Assembly (NCBI GenBank): GCA_964016885.1
Contig: OZ024740.1
Span: 404,860,001-404,924,000, forward strand
Source of the DNA: Eledone cirrhosa
Lineage: Eukaryota
Reading direction: 5' to 3'
DNA: 64,000 bases
Part shown: positions 49,136 through 63,361 of the stretch, in pieces
Layout: each line of letters starts with the position of its first letter
How positions within the stretch are numbered: position 1 is the first letter of the stretch
The notes under the pieces: generated by a model
What the model was told of the DNA's origin: nothing
The model's database searches: none
The model's input: only the letters and a program-made list of their open reading frames with translations
Made by a program: the position numbers and the translations under genes

Positions 49136-50514
49136 CAAGGGTTGGCTGAAAAGTTCATAGGCTGACCAAGTTACTCTCATGGAATTTGACCAAATGAGGT
49201 TTATTTTTCAACATAACCTCCCTTGCAGTTGACACACTTCTTCAATCAGTGTTGCAGTGCTTGGATCCCATTGGTGAAGAATCCCTCCCTTCCTAAATTC
49301 AGCTGTCCGCTTTTTCACTGCTAATAAAGCTGGAGCATCATCCCCTAATGTAGCCTCCATGTCAGCTTGAATATCTTTGGGGGCTAAACCCTTTTTCTGC
49401 AGGTACTTGATAACACCATGATGCCAAAAAAGGTCAACAGAATGTATGATGTCATCATCACTGTGATACTGGTTCCCAAGTGTTTTTTTTTCATGTTGGG
49501 GAACAAATGGAACCAAATCAGGAGAATATGGAAGGTGATTAACCAGTTCAAATCCAGTCACGTACAGCAGCCATTGAAACCAAGGACTTAGGTGCTGGAG
49601 CATCGTCCTGATGAATCAAAACCCTTCCGGTTTTTCTGGGCATTTGGTCAGGATAGCCTTTCATAACTGCCTCAGCAAGCTGGCATAGTACTCTCCATTG
49701 ATGGTGTGACCTTTTTGATAATAGTCAATAAACACAATGCCTTTTGCATCCCCCAAAAACTGAAGCCATCACCATCCCTGAGATGACCATGGCATTCTTT
49801 GGAGCAGGCGAGGAGGGATGTTTCCACTGCATGGATTGTCTCTTTGTCTCTGGCTCAAAATGATGAACCCAACACTCATCTTGCATTAGAAAATGTTCAA
49901 GGAAACCAGCTGGATTTGCCTCAAACAATGTTAGATTTTTGTGATGTGATCAGCCTGGTGCACTTTTGATCAGATATTAGAAGATGTGACACCCACCGAG
50001 CAGAAACCTTTGGCATGCAAAGTTCATTGTGCAGAACATTCAACTTTCTTACGAGATATGCTAATGGCATTTGATTTATTGTTAATTGCCTGTCATCCAT
50101 TACCATGTGGTGAACACGATCAATGTTTTCCTTGGTGGTGGCAGTTGCAGGATGTCCAGACTTTGGGTCATCTTCAAGACTCTTCTTCCCCTCCTAAATT
50201 CAGCTGCCCACTTTTGCACTATTAATAAAGCTGGAACATCATCCACTAATGTAGAATCCTTGTTAGCTTGAATATCTTTGGGGGCTAACCCTTTTTCTGC
50301 AGGTACTTGATAATACCACAATGCCAAATTTTGTCTATTTTCAAGAGAGGTCACTAGTAGTTATTTTTGAAGTCTTCTTTGAACAATCAGATGTCAGTTT
50401 ACCTGAAAAAAATAATTCAGTTATTAATAAGCAGTGAAATTAATACATGCAAGATTTCACAGCTCAAGCATCACTTCTTCATAATCAGCCTATGAAGTTT
50501 TCTGCCCACCCTCA
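49136..50514 (-). mobile_element. Decayed full-length mariner transposon
   Basis: TA-flanked TIRs (caagggttggctgaaaagttcataggctga / tcagcctatgaagttttctgcccaccctca) and motifs ARWVSHLL, DECWVHHFEPETKRQS and LPYSPDLVP. Multiple frameshifts. Confidence 0.9.
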
Positions 50515-50899
50515 TAAATGATGAACAATGTCTGCTCTTAAAAGTATTCTTACATCTCTCTCACCCTCAATAAATTTCAAGGTTATTATTTTTCTTTTTC
50601 AATGAATAGTTTAGTTATTGCAAAGGAAATAGAAGTAGGTTGATTAAAGTACGTCTGTCTTTCTTTTATACAGTCTTTCTGATGACTGCCAAGATAGAGA
50701 CTGAATTCAGACAGTTTCAGGCATGTGTCTGTTTATATTGTACTAGCAACACGTTTCTTTGCATTTTAGTGTAATTGAAGTTCTGTTTATTCTCTCTTCA
50801 ATACATTTTTAGCAACTGATATTGATTTTTATTGCTATTGACAAAAAAAGACAAGTCCCTCCATAGAGTGTATTGTTATTAATTTATCAAATGGATTTT

Positions 50900-50942
<43 letters not shown>

Positions 50943-52729
50943 ATTCCATTTATGAGATGTTGCTGTGGGGCTTTTCTACAGTAGTTTGTCTAATTAAATG
51001 GCTTTTGAACTTTACAGTCTATCAACAGAGATATTCAGATATATGAATTAATGCATTATTTTCTCAACTTGTTGGGCAATTATTGATATTTGGTTGGCTT
51101 TAATTGTTTGGTTTTCTTTATTAAAGAAATGAGTGCCCAGACATATCCTCTTTTTGTCAACTGCTATTAATTATATTGATGTAATTATCAATGAAATAAC
51201 CTTTTATTGTAATACTTCATGCCTTTCATTTCATAAACAATTTTTTTTTCAAGACAGCATATATTGGCTTTCAATAGACCATCTTGCTACAAGCTAACTT
51301 TTTGGAACATTCATTTTACATTTTCTTTGGTCTCAATGATAGATTTTTCTGTAAGCAAATGGTTGGCATTAGGAAGGACATCCAACCATAGAAACCATGC
51401 CAGAATGGAAAGTATGAGGGGGACACTCATGACTTATCTAGCTAGCTTCAGAATGACAACCCATCTAACCCATGCAAGCATGGAAAATAGATATAAAATG
51501 GTGGTGATGATGATGATTGGATATCTTTAACCATATAAATATCACATTCAATTTGCTTTCGTGACATGGGTTTATATTTTTTTTATTTTTTCAAGCATTA
51601 CAAAAACATGTAAAGTACATTTGTCATTTTACCATTTATAGGCAAATTTTCTTTAATCTTGAAACCCTTTTGATACCAAACTGCCAAAAATCATCCCTGG
51701 TTCTACAATACAATGTTTTAAAGTATTTATATTCATTTACAAACCTTCCAGCATACCATATAAACTGGAATATAAGCTGATTCGAATATAAGCTAAACCC
51801 CCCCCTCCATTTTATGCCTATGAAATGGGCAAAAATCCAACCCCATTTATAAACCAAGGCAGCTAATTAACACATTATGGTGCAGTTTTGAAATTCTCAA
51901 GAGTAGAGAAAATATTTATGAAGTTTTAATATTTTGATATTTAAAATTAGACACTATATTATTAAAAAAATGGAGATATATTTTTATTTCAAGGTAGTAT
52001 TTAAAAAAAAAATTCTTTAACTGTTATGGAGATCATTAAAAACACTAAACACTAGAGGGAGATCGAAATGAATAGGGAATAGTTGAAAGAGATCAACTAA
52101 GAGAACACTATATAAGGATTTGGCATAGAAGGGAGGGGAGGCAGCAAGTGAGGGGAGAGAAGGGAGAGAGAGTAAGTGAAATAAAACAAGACTAAAAGAA
52201 AAAGTATAAAGTCACAGAGAAAAACAGTTTCTCTCTCTCTGAGAGTGGTGGTGGTGGGGTATTTATGAATTAAAAAGTTCAAATAAAAGTTTGTTGGAAA
52301 TGTTCTCAAAGCACTGCATAAATGAAACTCATGACGATGTAGTAAATGTAAAAAAAAATGTATTTCATTGTGAAATAATCATTCCAGATATTTTAGCATC
52401 CTATTTACGTAGAATTTGAAGTTGGTGAAAATTGTCAAAATATTGACTGCAACTATAAACTCTCCCCCTATTTAACATCGATTTTTGTTTTATTATTTGG
52501 GGGAGGGGGGGGGGCACATATTTTCCAGCTTATATTTGAGTATATACAGTAATTTTATATCAAAATCTTTGTTCCAAAAACACCAGCTTAATGACAAGTC
52601 TGTTATATTACTAAATCCTTTCAAGTTCTTGATTATTTTAAAAGATATTCAATCATTAGTAGTGTGTTTCATTAAAAATATGCTAATGAAAGATAATAAG
52701 TCTTTTGTGGTTTCAGAAAAAAAAGATCT

Positions 52730-54300
52730 TTCATCTTATCCAGGGCCTACTCCTGAATCTTCTGTCAGTTAGTTTTGCTTGTAAAATCTGTCCAGTGATT
52801 TTTTTTTTTTTTTTTTTTTGTCCCCCCTGAGACATTCTAACCACATGCCCATAATATCAGAGCTGTGTTCTCTCAATTCAGAAAAGTAGTGGCTCTATCC
52901 AGAGTCACTTCCTGATCCAAGCTACGCACTCCATTGAGTAACATTACTCCAAAGACCGAACAGAGGAACCCCATTTTGGCTGCTTGTATTTATGATCATA
53001 TTCTTTTGGTCATTACACAACTCATGACTATAGGTAAGGGTTGGAGTGAATAGAAGATAGCAAGTTTGGCTTTTACTCCTACCCCACCTTCTTTTGATTA
53101 ATGAATGCTGAAGCTGGTGCATTATTGCATGAGCACCTGTAATTCTTGTATTTAATTCCTTGAGAGGATGAGTGTCTTAGTTTTTGCAGCACTTATTTTC
53201 ATTCCAGCCATGCAGCACTTGCCATCAAACCTATCAAGTTCACGTCAGAATTCACCTTCTGACGAACCGTCTGCAAATTCCAACCAACTGACCCTACACT
53301 TGCCAGTCATGATACCACTTCCAACCCAGCTGTGCATATCAATCTTGTTCATGAGAATAATGAACAGGAGAGGTGACAGTATGCATGCGTGGTGGCGTCT
53401 GACTCCCACATTAAATGGTTTCAATTGAGCATCATTTATCCAAATACAAATACTTAAGCATTCATATAGACATCAGAGCAACAAGAAATTGACCATCGAT
53501 CCCATACTTGTGCAGAACCTTCGATGCCATGTCCTGTTGAGTGCAGTCATATGCCTTTTTGAAGTCTACAAAGCAAGAATACATTTCTTGGCAGTACTCA
53601 CAATTTCTGAAAGACCTGCCACAGTGTGAATATTTGGTCAGCTGTGCTGCATATAGGGTGAAAACCACACTGTTCATCAGCTAGCTTGGACAATCATCCT
53701 ACATCTCTTCGCCAGACACTTAGCATAGACTTTACTGGGGAGACTTAACAAGGAGATCCTTCTATAATTGGAGCAATCTCCCATATCTCCCTTTTTGAAA
53801 ATTGATATTATCTCTCCCGATTGCCATTGCTTAGGTGCCTTTCCAGAGATCCAGGCCCCCTGGTACCTACTAGTCGGCCAGAGAGCATCTTCTCTAATTA
53901 AGACTTTTAATACCTCTGACTGAATTTCATCCTCCTCTGTGGCCTTGCCACATTTTTGCTCTTGTGACTGCAGCCTCCAAGAGATTAATCACCACCCACA
54001 GATATTAATCACCACTCCCAGATGCACTTTGAGCACATCAGAAGATGCTGTTATGACCGGGTTTAGGAGATCAGCAAAGTATTCTCTCTACCTCGTTGGA
54101 ATGCACCTCTCTGAAGAGAGAACTCCAAACACATTCCTGATAGCAAGCATGGAGGAGGACTATTTCTTATAAAGTCAGTGCCTGGTCGGCCAGAACACTT
54201 TATCTGCTGACCTGAAGTTGGATTCCAGCTTAACCCCAAAGTCCTCCCATCTCTTAACTTTGGACTTCTTTACTGTCTCTGAAACCTTTTTTGACTGCTT
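52730..54300 (-). mobile_element. Decayed RTE-clade LINE (lineage of 20361-21030)
   Basis: CFVDFKKAYD, LHKYGIDG and LSPLFIILMNKI-like motifs. The 3' part is homologous to 20550-20900. Confidence 0.7.
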
Positions 54301-55359
54301 GCACCAAAAGTGCAAGAAAAACTAAGCTTTGTAGGACTCCTAGTACTGAATGTGATGTTAAAATTAAAAAAATAGTCAAACATTTGTAGGGATTTAATAA
54401 AACGTTTTCTCATTAAGCTGGTGTTTAGAACAGGACTTTTGGGGACGAAATTTGATCACAAGATATCCCCCCCCCACCAGTACCAACTATTTTAGTTACC
54501 TATTACAACACACACATACAGTACACTTAGCTCTAGAATGTTTTGATATAAGAATAACTCGTCTGTTTTTTTTTGTGTGCTATCAATCATTGTATTGGTA
54601 CTAATTGCAATATTGGTACTAATTGCAAAGTGGATAGCAGTTCTTTATTTTTTTAATTAGGTTAATTGAGAAGAAACCTTTGCTTAAGAATATCATTATA
54701 CCTTGATGGATCAATATTCAGAAGCTAAGCTTATCTTCCAAAGATATATAATTTGTGAGATATATCTAATTTTCATATGTAGCTATTTATAAACTGAATG
54801 GATAAGTTGGTAGAATTGTTTTCTTTACCATGAGATATTAAAATTATATTACAGATGTTTTTTTCTTTTTTCTTAAATTGTTTTACCAGCATCTAATATT
54901 GTTACAATTGAAAAATATTTAACTTGTAAGTCGATAATTTATTACAAAATAGGATTTAAGAATCAAATTATTTCAAACCTAATTTTTAGTAATTAATTTG
55001 AAACTGTTTGGCTTAACACTACCACATGGTCCCTGTGTGATTTTAGCAGACACAACTCTTTTGCAAACATTCAGACCAAACCTCCATTTTGAAAATATTA
55101 CCTTTTCACCTTTCCACTAGTCTTGATATACATGAAAATGGTCAACAGCACTATCCTTCCATCTCTGAATAAACATAAAAATTAAAAAAATACAAAAACG
55201 CAATACTAAACACCAGAAAAAAAAAACCTATAAATACAAAAGTGATTCAACATGGCTCTAAAATATTGAAGATTATTTCTAAAGATAATATAGAAAACAG
55301 AAAACCCTTCATGAAAAGATCTTCTAGTAATTAATTTGAATTCACAAAAAATTAAATGT

Positions 55360-56163
55360 ATTAGCAGCAAAGGTGGGTGTTCGGAAAGTACAATAACTAG
55401 GGTAAGAACGGGATAGAAGAATTTCAGGGAGCTTCTGCCACTGCTAGCTGCAAAAGGCTTTTCCCTCAAAATGAAAGGTAGACTGTATGATGCATGTATA
55501 CAAACAGCAATGTTGGAAGTGAAACCTGGGTGCTGTCTGTAGAAGACTTGCGCAGATTAGAAAGAAACTAAGCTTGCATGCTCCGATGGATGTGTAATAG
55601 TAATATACACGAACGGCAAAGTATAAACGAATTGAGAGAGAGACTGAGCATAAGAGGAATCAAATGCTGTGTGCAGGAGAGGAGGTTGCATTGGTATGGA
55701 CATGTGATGCGTATGAAGGATGACAGCTGCATAAAAAGGTGCAGAACACTAGAAGTCGATGGAGGCCGCGGAGTGGGAAGATTTGGGATGAGGTGATAAA
55801 GGCCGACCTTACCCAATTGCAACTCTCAAGGGCAATGACACGACCATGACCTCTGGTAATACAGAAGACCCCCCTCCCCACACAGGAACTTGCTGAAGCA
55901 TATAGACAATATGCCCCCACACCCTCCCCACTCAGTGGTTGTGGAGGTGCCATGGCAAAACAGCACCCAGCCCACACTGTAAAGTGGACGTGTAGGCGCC
56001 ATGGGAAAAAGCACCCAGCACTGACTATAAATGAGGTTGGTGTTAGGAAGGGCATCCAGCTGTAGAAATCAAGCTAGAATCAGTTCCTGTATGAGCAAGA
56101 CAAGGTCAGCTGACTGGACACTGCTCACAACAGGATAACCCATGCTAGCGGTGGTGATGATGA
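55360..56163 (+). mobile_element. RTE 3' fragment
   Basis: Reads LRWMCNSNIHERQSINELRERL..RRLHWYGHVMRM, with the same 3'UTR as 10793-11428. Confidence 0.88.
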
Positions 56164-56839
56164 TTGTGAATTTTAAAATGCAAAATCCTATTATATTTGT
56201 TTTTATAACCAGCTTATTCCTTTGTTTGTATTAGTTGATATACATTTTAGAAATGTGAAATCCCTTTAATCATATACCATTAATATTCATTTGTCTTGTT
56301 AAAAATTACCCTGTAATTATTTTACAGTTTTATCTTCTACAACAATTTATCATTTTGCAAAAATCCAGTAATTAAATTGGACAATTGAAGAATTGAAAAA
56401 AAAAAAAAAGTGTAATAAATAAATAACTTGTGTGTTGTGTTCATAAAGTAAATTAGAAAACTGTATCAGCTTGGTTGATCAGAAGGAAACAATAGAGATA
56501 GGAATTGTTTTGAATAGCCAATAATTCCTGAAACCAGTGGAGATAGTAACTATTAGCAGAGAAATGGTTGGAAAACCTTATCAATATTGTAAATGTTTGA
56601 TCATAATGTGAGTAATAGAATGCTACTAAGATTCTTAGTAGGCAACATGACTATCCTTGATTAAATATTTATAATTGTTGTAGAGATTTGAGTAGCTTTG
56701 TTGACATATATCAGGAAAGATACATTAGTGTGTAGTGTGATTAACCCTTTTGATAACAACCTGCCTAGAACTGCCTGTGTTCATTGATGTAAAACTGCTC
56801 ATTTTAAAGTGCTTATATTTATATTAAATCCTTCCATTA

Positions 56840-58078
56840 TCTCCTTATATATATAACCAGCAATTTCTCTGTCTGTCCGACAGTGGAAACACGTGCGCGT
56901 GTGGTTGCTATCTCTCTCTCTCTCTCTCTCTCCAGCTATCCCTCTCTTTTAGTCTGTTTCTCTCACTCTCACTCTTTCTCTTTGTAAGACACTAACATTC
57001 CTCTCCTCTATCGCTGTGACGAATGGGGAGATGGAGGAGGAGGGGGAGGAGACAGTCACTTCGTCACTTCACCTCTGCCTTTCTCTCCCCTCTCACTCCC
57101 TCATTACGTATAGACATTAGGGCGGTAGATCGGCAGAATCTGTAGAGAGTCGGACACCATGCTTCATAGCATGGAGTTACGTACCTTTACGGTCTGAGTT
57201 CAAATACCGCCGAGGTTAACTTTGCCTTTCATCCTCACGGGGTCGATAAAATAAAGTACCAGTAATGTACTGGGTAATTGCTGGTCTTGTGCCAAAAGTA
57301 GAAACAATTATTAGAAACATTGCTTCATTTTTACATATCTAAGCATTAGTAAAATAACTAATAATTTCAAAAGTAATTTTTCAATTCCAATTGTTATGAA
57401 CAGCAAAACATTAATAATAATTTTCTTCTAAGAAATATATATACATTTCTGTGTGTGTATATATATATACATTTCTGTGTGTAATATATATATATATACA
57501 CACAGAAATATATATACATTTCCGTGTGTGTAATATATATATATATATGCGCACACGCGCACGCACACACACTTTTCTGTCTGTCTGTCCTTCCCTAAAA
57601 CTCAAATGTAGGTGCTACAGAAATATTACCTTCCCCTTCCTTTCTCCGCTTTGGTACTACCAAGAGAAACACTGTCGCTATAGAAACATTACCTTCCCCT
57701 CTCCACTGACTTTGGTCACTGAGGCCGAGGGAATCGCTGGTTGCTATAGAGACACCTTGCACAAGCCAGAAGTAACCAGTTCGAGGCGGTTCTGACTTGA
57801 CACCATGCCAAGGACCATTTGAAGATATATTTCCATCGTTATATCATAACGTTTATATTTCCGTCACTAATCTCTTTTTCTCCTTTTTCGTTTTAACATA
57901 TATTTATTTCAAAGATTTCACCGTATAGATAACATATATATTTATACATGCATAAAAGACACACCGAGAGATGGTGAACATGTGCTGCCGAAAACATTTC
58001 TCATCCAAATCTCAACAATATCAGTATATACACTAGATTTGCTAGCAGAAAACCGCCCACCGGGTGGTTTTCTGCTAG
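56840..58078 (+). mobile_element. Non-autonomous Helitron (composite; SINE at about 57118-57312)
   Basis: 5' A|TCTCCTTATATATATAA and a 3' hairpin gcagaaaaccgcccaccgggtggttttctg-CTAG. Confidence 0.7.
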
Positions 58079-58654
58079 TCTATATATATAAAACTGAGGA
58101 TGTCTGTCTGTGAGTTTGTATCCCTAAAACTAGAGAAGCACCCAACTGACTGTTTTCAAACTTTACACATGTAAAACTTATGTTTCAGGGAGTGTTCTGA
58201 GCAAAAATAATTTCAAATTTTCAATGCCGTAGGGACCGTATTAGGCGATTTAGCGATCTCTCTCTATAATTCTTAGTCTTTCTCTTTTTAGATAGATACA
58301 TGCATATAACGTCGCACCCTTATAATATGTCTATATGTCTGGCTGTCTGCATTACATCACTTCTACAAATTCGCTCTGCATCCAGAGCACGCCCTTATAA
58401 TATGTCTGTCTGTATGTCTGCTACCTCCGGTTATTCTGCCACCCTTGCTCAAGACAAATCTCACACTCATTCCCCAAACAGTTGGTAAATGCACACAACT
58501 TCTTCCTCACGTTTTAAGCCACAGTGTTGCTTACTTACATACCACCAGCCCCTTACTTCTTTGCCAGCCGTGGTTGTGGCAATACTAAGCTTAGCTAAGG
58601 CGGTTATATATTTCACACTACCTTATCCCGTGCAACGCCGGGTACCACTGCTAG
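58079..58654 (+). mobile_element. Non-autonomous Helitron
   Basis: 5' TCTATATATATAAAA and a 3' cccgtgcaacgccggg hairpin followed by CTAG|T. Confidence 0.8.
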
Positions 58655-59949
58655 TAATTTTATAAAAGCGATTTTTTTTTTTTTTTTTTTTTTTTGTTAA
58701 CTGAGGTTAACTGAATGTAAGATATTTTACTAAATTCCTTAATTTTTGATTATTTTCAAAATAATTGAAACACATTGGCAGTTTATTTCATTGGATACAT
58801 GGTAACAACAGGGTTAAGACCATGACATAAAGAAGAGGAAGTAATATACCACTGCTACATAGACTTAATTCTTTCTCAAACAAACTTGAAAATCAATCAA
58901 CCCACAGTTCAGTTAACATTCTAATGGGACTTTGAACTATTTCAGTTGTGTCTTAAGAGAAGTACACAACCTGTCACTAGAGAGGAATATACTCTACCTT
59001 TCATTGATTTATGGCAAATGATTAAATAATGAAGGTATTTGATAATACATTAAGAAATTGAAAATGTGGAAGCTGAAACGTATTTACAAGAGCCAGATTT
59101 AGCATGGTACAAATAGATGCTTGTGGTTAGAAAAATAGAATTAGAGATGAGCTGAGAATCCCTGCAAACCAATGACCAATTCTGTTTGTAGCTGGAACAG
59201 AGATCCAAAAATTATTGGATAGTTGATTGATTCTTTTAGCTGTTAGAATTGAGCAAGGAATTCTGTTTGGAGAGTATTGATTTGTGTATGAATGTTTTCT
59301 CTTTAAAGAAAGATTTCTCTATATTTGTAGTTTAGTTTTATCAGCCAATATTGTGAATCCTCTCCATATAACATATTTTATGATTTATACAAAAATTTCA
59401 TAAGGTATGGAGCTTGTAGAGTAGACCTTGTTGAGGATAATGTATCAGGAAGTACAGCTTCCAAATAAGAATCAAGAGATTGTTTTGGGGGCTAATTTAA
59501 CAGCTTTCCACACAATACTTTTGTATTGTCTTATTTTGTAGGTATGGAGGAAGGAACAGTGTCTATGCCTTCACAGGCCCTCCTTGAACAGAGTGAGACT
59601 GTTGATGTTCTGCTTAAACTGTCACAAGTTGACTCTTTGTAGGAAAAACATGAGCAGTGATGGAGTTCCAAAACACTCCATTCTGGGCAGGAAGGACTAG
59701 GTATAGTGTTTAATATGGGAATGGGAGTGTTAGGCATATGGGTGATGAAAGGAAAGGAAACAAATGAGTTGGGAGTGCCTTAGTAGTGATAGTACAAGAT
59801 CAACCAGCTCTGAAGAGTTGACCATTGTAGTGAGGAAACAACTCATCTGTGAGCCAGAAGCTTGAGTATAGCTGTGAGTCACTTTATGCCAATTAGTTGA
59901 GTGAGTTTTCTCTGGGTGTGCTTTAGGATATGTGTATATGAACAGTGAT

Positions 59950-61050
59950 TTTTCTCTAGATATGGACTTGAATCTCTGAATCCTTCAACTTGGCTATTGT
60001 CACATGGGCTTTAACATGTAGTTATGCATTTGATGACTTAGTGAAACACTAAAATCCTTATTTATCTGTATTTTTTGCTCAAAATTGTCTGTTGTTGCTT
60101 TGAAATGTTGGTAATCTAGTATTTGGCTGATGTGTATTAGTCACATGTTGGTTGATGTTGATCTCTGAAACGATGGGAATTATCATGCCCTTGTCTGGTG
60201 GCAATTATTGCACTGGCAAAATTTTACATATACCCCTCGTTACATTGCCAATATGCAGATGGTTCTGAAGAATTGGTTCTGTTTGTTTGATTTTGCAAAA
60301 GAGGATTTACTTTTGCTCATTCTAAAATCATTTAAGTAGTACTGGTTTATTGGTTTTCTTCGGCATCATTGATTCTTGCTTCAGGCTGATTATGCATTGA
60401 CACATATTTATCTCTTGTAGTGTAATTTCTGGAATGGTCTCTGTTTGATAAAATGTGTTCAAATTTCAGTGTCATTTGTTGATTGTAATCCGGAGATAAC
60501 ATTTTTATATTTGAATAAGCCACCTGATAGGTCACGTAGCTGGAGACATTACCACTAACAATTAGCTTCACCTGCATAGCTAAGGAAGCTATTGGTGGCA
60601 ATTTTTCCAAAAGCAAAGTCATTGATAATGGACATGAAACAAAGAATAAGTACTGCATGTCAATGTTTGTCAACTTAATCTTATTCCATGGCAACAAAAT
60701 TTAAATATAGTTTGTATTTATCATGTGTTGATCAATAATCTTATTTTTACTGGATCTTCTCATTTATCATAGTCCCTTTTGAAAACATCATCATACAATT
60801 TAATCTACATCTAGACCATATTTAAGTTCCCTAATTGAGTTGGTAATTGTATGAGTGGTAACGATTGTTTTCACATGTCAACTTTAAGGAATTAATATCT
60901 CGATTAACTCTGTTGACCAATCATGATGTGGAACCTAAATGATACAAAGGAAAAGAATTAAAACCTCATTACCCATTGTCATAGATTTTGCCAATGTGGT
61001 GCTGGCCATGAAAACAAGTGTCATCTCATGTAAATAAATTCTTTTTACTT
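59950..61050 (-). mobile_element. Probable Penelope-like element relic (GIY-YIG region)
   Basis: Minus strand at about 60236-60160 reads GVYVKFCQCNNCHQTR...HRFRDQ, resembling GVY..CxxC..(YIG)QT.R...RF.EH. Heavily decayed. Confidence 0.4.
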
Positions 61051-61407
61051 ACAATATAGTTATGCTCAGATATATTAGACAAAACATCTAATCAGCACTT
61101 TTCTATTGGTTTTCTCTAGAAGAGGTAGAGGATGAATAGAAGGGAGAATTATGAGTGAGCAGAGTGATAGGAAGATAGAAGGAATAATGGGATAGACAGT
61201 GGTTGGCAAGGAGATGAAATACAGAAAAAACAGTATAAGTAGCATGATGGGGGGGGGGGGATAGGTGGTGGACAGGTAGTTAGGAAAATGTGAAAGTGGC
61301 GAATGTCAAAGAGTGGTAGAGGTGAGTGATGGATATCAGTAAAGATGGTTAATGGGACAGGAGAAAATGAGTTGTGGATAGAAGTAGAATTGAGTAATAA
61401 ATGTCAA

Positions 61408-61590
61408 TAATTGTTTCTACTTTTGGCACAAGGCCAGCAATTACCCAGTAGATTACTGGTACTTTATTTTATCGACCCCATAAGGATGAAAGGCAAAGTT
61501 AACCTCGGCAGGATTTGAACTCAGAATGGCAAGGGCCGTAACTCTATACGTCAAAGCACGGCGTCCGACCCTCTACCGATACTGCCAATT
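61408..61590 (-). mobile_element. Family-1 SINE
   Basis: Near-complete copy of the family. Confidence 0.85.
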
Positions 61591-62029
61591 CGAGGTATTT
61601 GAGTGACAACTAACAATAAAGAGTGATTGAACAGGGGAAGGGATTAAAATGGACAGATTCAATGCCAGATCTATTATACAGATTGCCAGATCTATTATAC
61701 AGGCAGCATCATGAGAGATATAGTGATATTAGGATAGTAAGCTCAGTTAACAGGAGAGTGATAGATGGAAGGGTAAGGAAGATAGATGTAAACTTAATAT
61801 GAATATAATTGACAAGAGATTCAAATTTAGATATTATATATCCCAACTTCCATCATCACTATCATCTTTTTGTCGGTTTTTCTATGTTTATATGGGTTGG
61901 GTGGTCTTCTCCAGTAAAGCATATTTTTTATCAGTCCTTTGTTTCTTTTGTGATAATGATTCTTTTAAGCTTTCACCACTTCATACCATGTCTTCCTATG
62001 TTTCTTTTTCGCTTCCATTGGGTCCATCC

Positions 62030-62632
62030 ATTTAGTCACTTGCTCTCTACATCTGATCCTTTTTGTATCCAGCCTTTCTTTCAGCTTAATTATACCCAGT
62101 GACATGACAAATCCAGCAGAACATAACCACCTCATTTCTTTCCAGCCTTCACAAATCTTCTGCATTCAAAGCATCCATCTTGCTATCATGCAATACTGTT
62201 CATTGTACATAAGTCCCATACAATCTGAGAAAAACCTTTGTTACCAGTAGAAGTAATGGCTCTATTTTTCTATTCCATTCTTATGGTAACTGTGTTCAGA
62301 ACACCCACCTCCACTGTTAATTAGGGTAACAAAAAGTAACAAAAGCTATTAGCTACTTCTTGGGAGCCTTCCACATGCTGGAAAGAATTTTTTATGTGTA
62401 ACTGCTAACTGCTCCTGGGCATTATCATTTGTGAAAAGCAGATATAAAATGATGTTGAAGTCTACATTCTTTGTCAGTCTCCCTGTGATCCCACTGGACT
62501 GCTTGTGAATCCATAGTAATTCCATCCTAAGTACCCTATATGGAATTTTACCTACTCCTTTTCTGTATATCAAGCATAGTCATTTCCCTGATGACAATAG
62601 GGTCTTCTTCCCTACTAACTAAAACTGTAGTC
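62030..62632 (-). mobile_element. Old RTE fragments
   Basis: RKGVGK..WIHKQSSGITGRL (decayed finger) and KLKERLDTKRIRC. Confidence 0.6.
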
Positions 62633-62936
62633 TACTAAAACTACGGGGCCAGATTTATTGGGGTATAGGGGTGGGGAACAATGCACTGAGCCCGTTCTTT
62701 GAGTGGAACCCGCACTTCAGAAATTTGCTACCGTTTAAGAACAGGGCCCTGATCATAAACATAGTTTTATCTTTTATAGAGTATGTTCTTAAAAATGTAA
62801 TTGATGTTGCTGTTGTCAGTTTATCAATTTCTTTACTTCAGTGACACCAGTTGACGAAAGCAGGGAGAGCTGCTGTTTATGGTGTATATGTATGCAGGTG
62901 TGTCTGAATATATAGTTAATCAATAATGGTGCTTAT

Positions 62937-62975
<39 letters not shown>

Positions 62976-63054
62976 GTGTATATATATATATATATGTGTA
63001 TATATATATATATATATATGTGTATATATAAATATATAAGTGTATATATATATA

Positions 63055-63097
<43 letters not shown>

Positions 63098-63330
63098 ATA
63101 TATATATATATATATGTGTATATATATATATATATATGTGTATATATATATATATATATGTGTATATATATATATATATATGTGTATATATATATATATA
63201 TATGTGTATATATATATATATATATGTGTATATATATATATATATATGTGTATATATATATATATATATGTGTGTATATATATATATATATATGTGTGTA
63301 TATATATATATATGTGTGTATATATATATA

Positions 63331-63361
<31 letters not shown>

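Larger units (their letters stand above)
56741..58817. mobile_element. Family-A TTAA MITE split by Helitrons
   Basis: TTAACCCTTT at 56741 and AGGGTTAA at 58817. The halves rejoin at ccttccatta|taatttt. Confidence 0.7.

Noticed and set aside
50679-50740. CTGATGA followed by a hairpin, as a hammerhead
   Set aside because: No GAAA after stem II, so at best a heavily decayed remnant.
59805-59855. CTGAAGA...GAAAC as a hammerhead
   Set aside because: Stem II and stem I do not pair in the required register.
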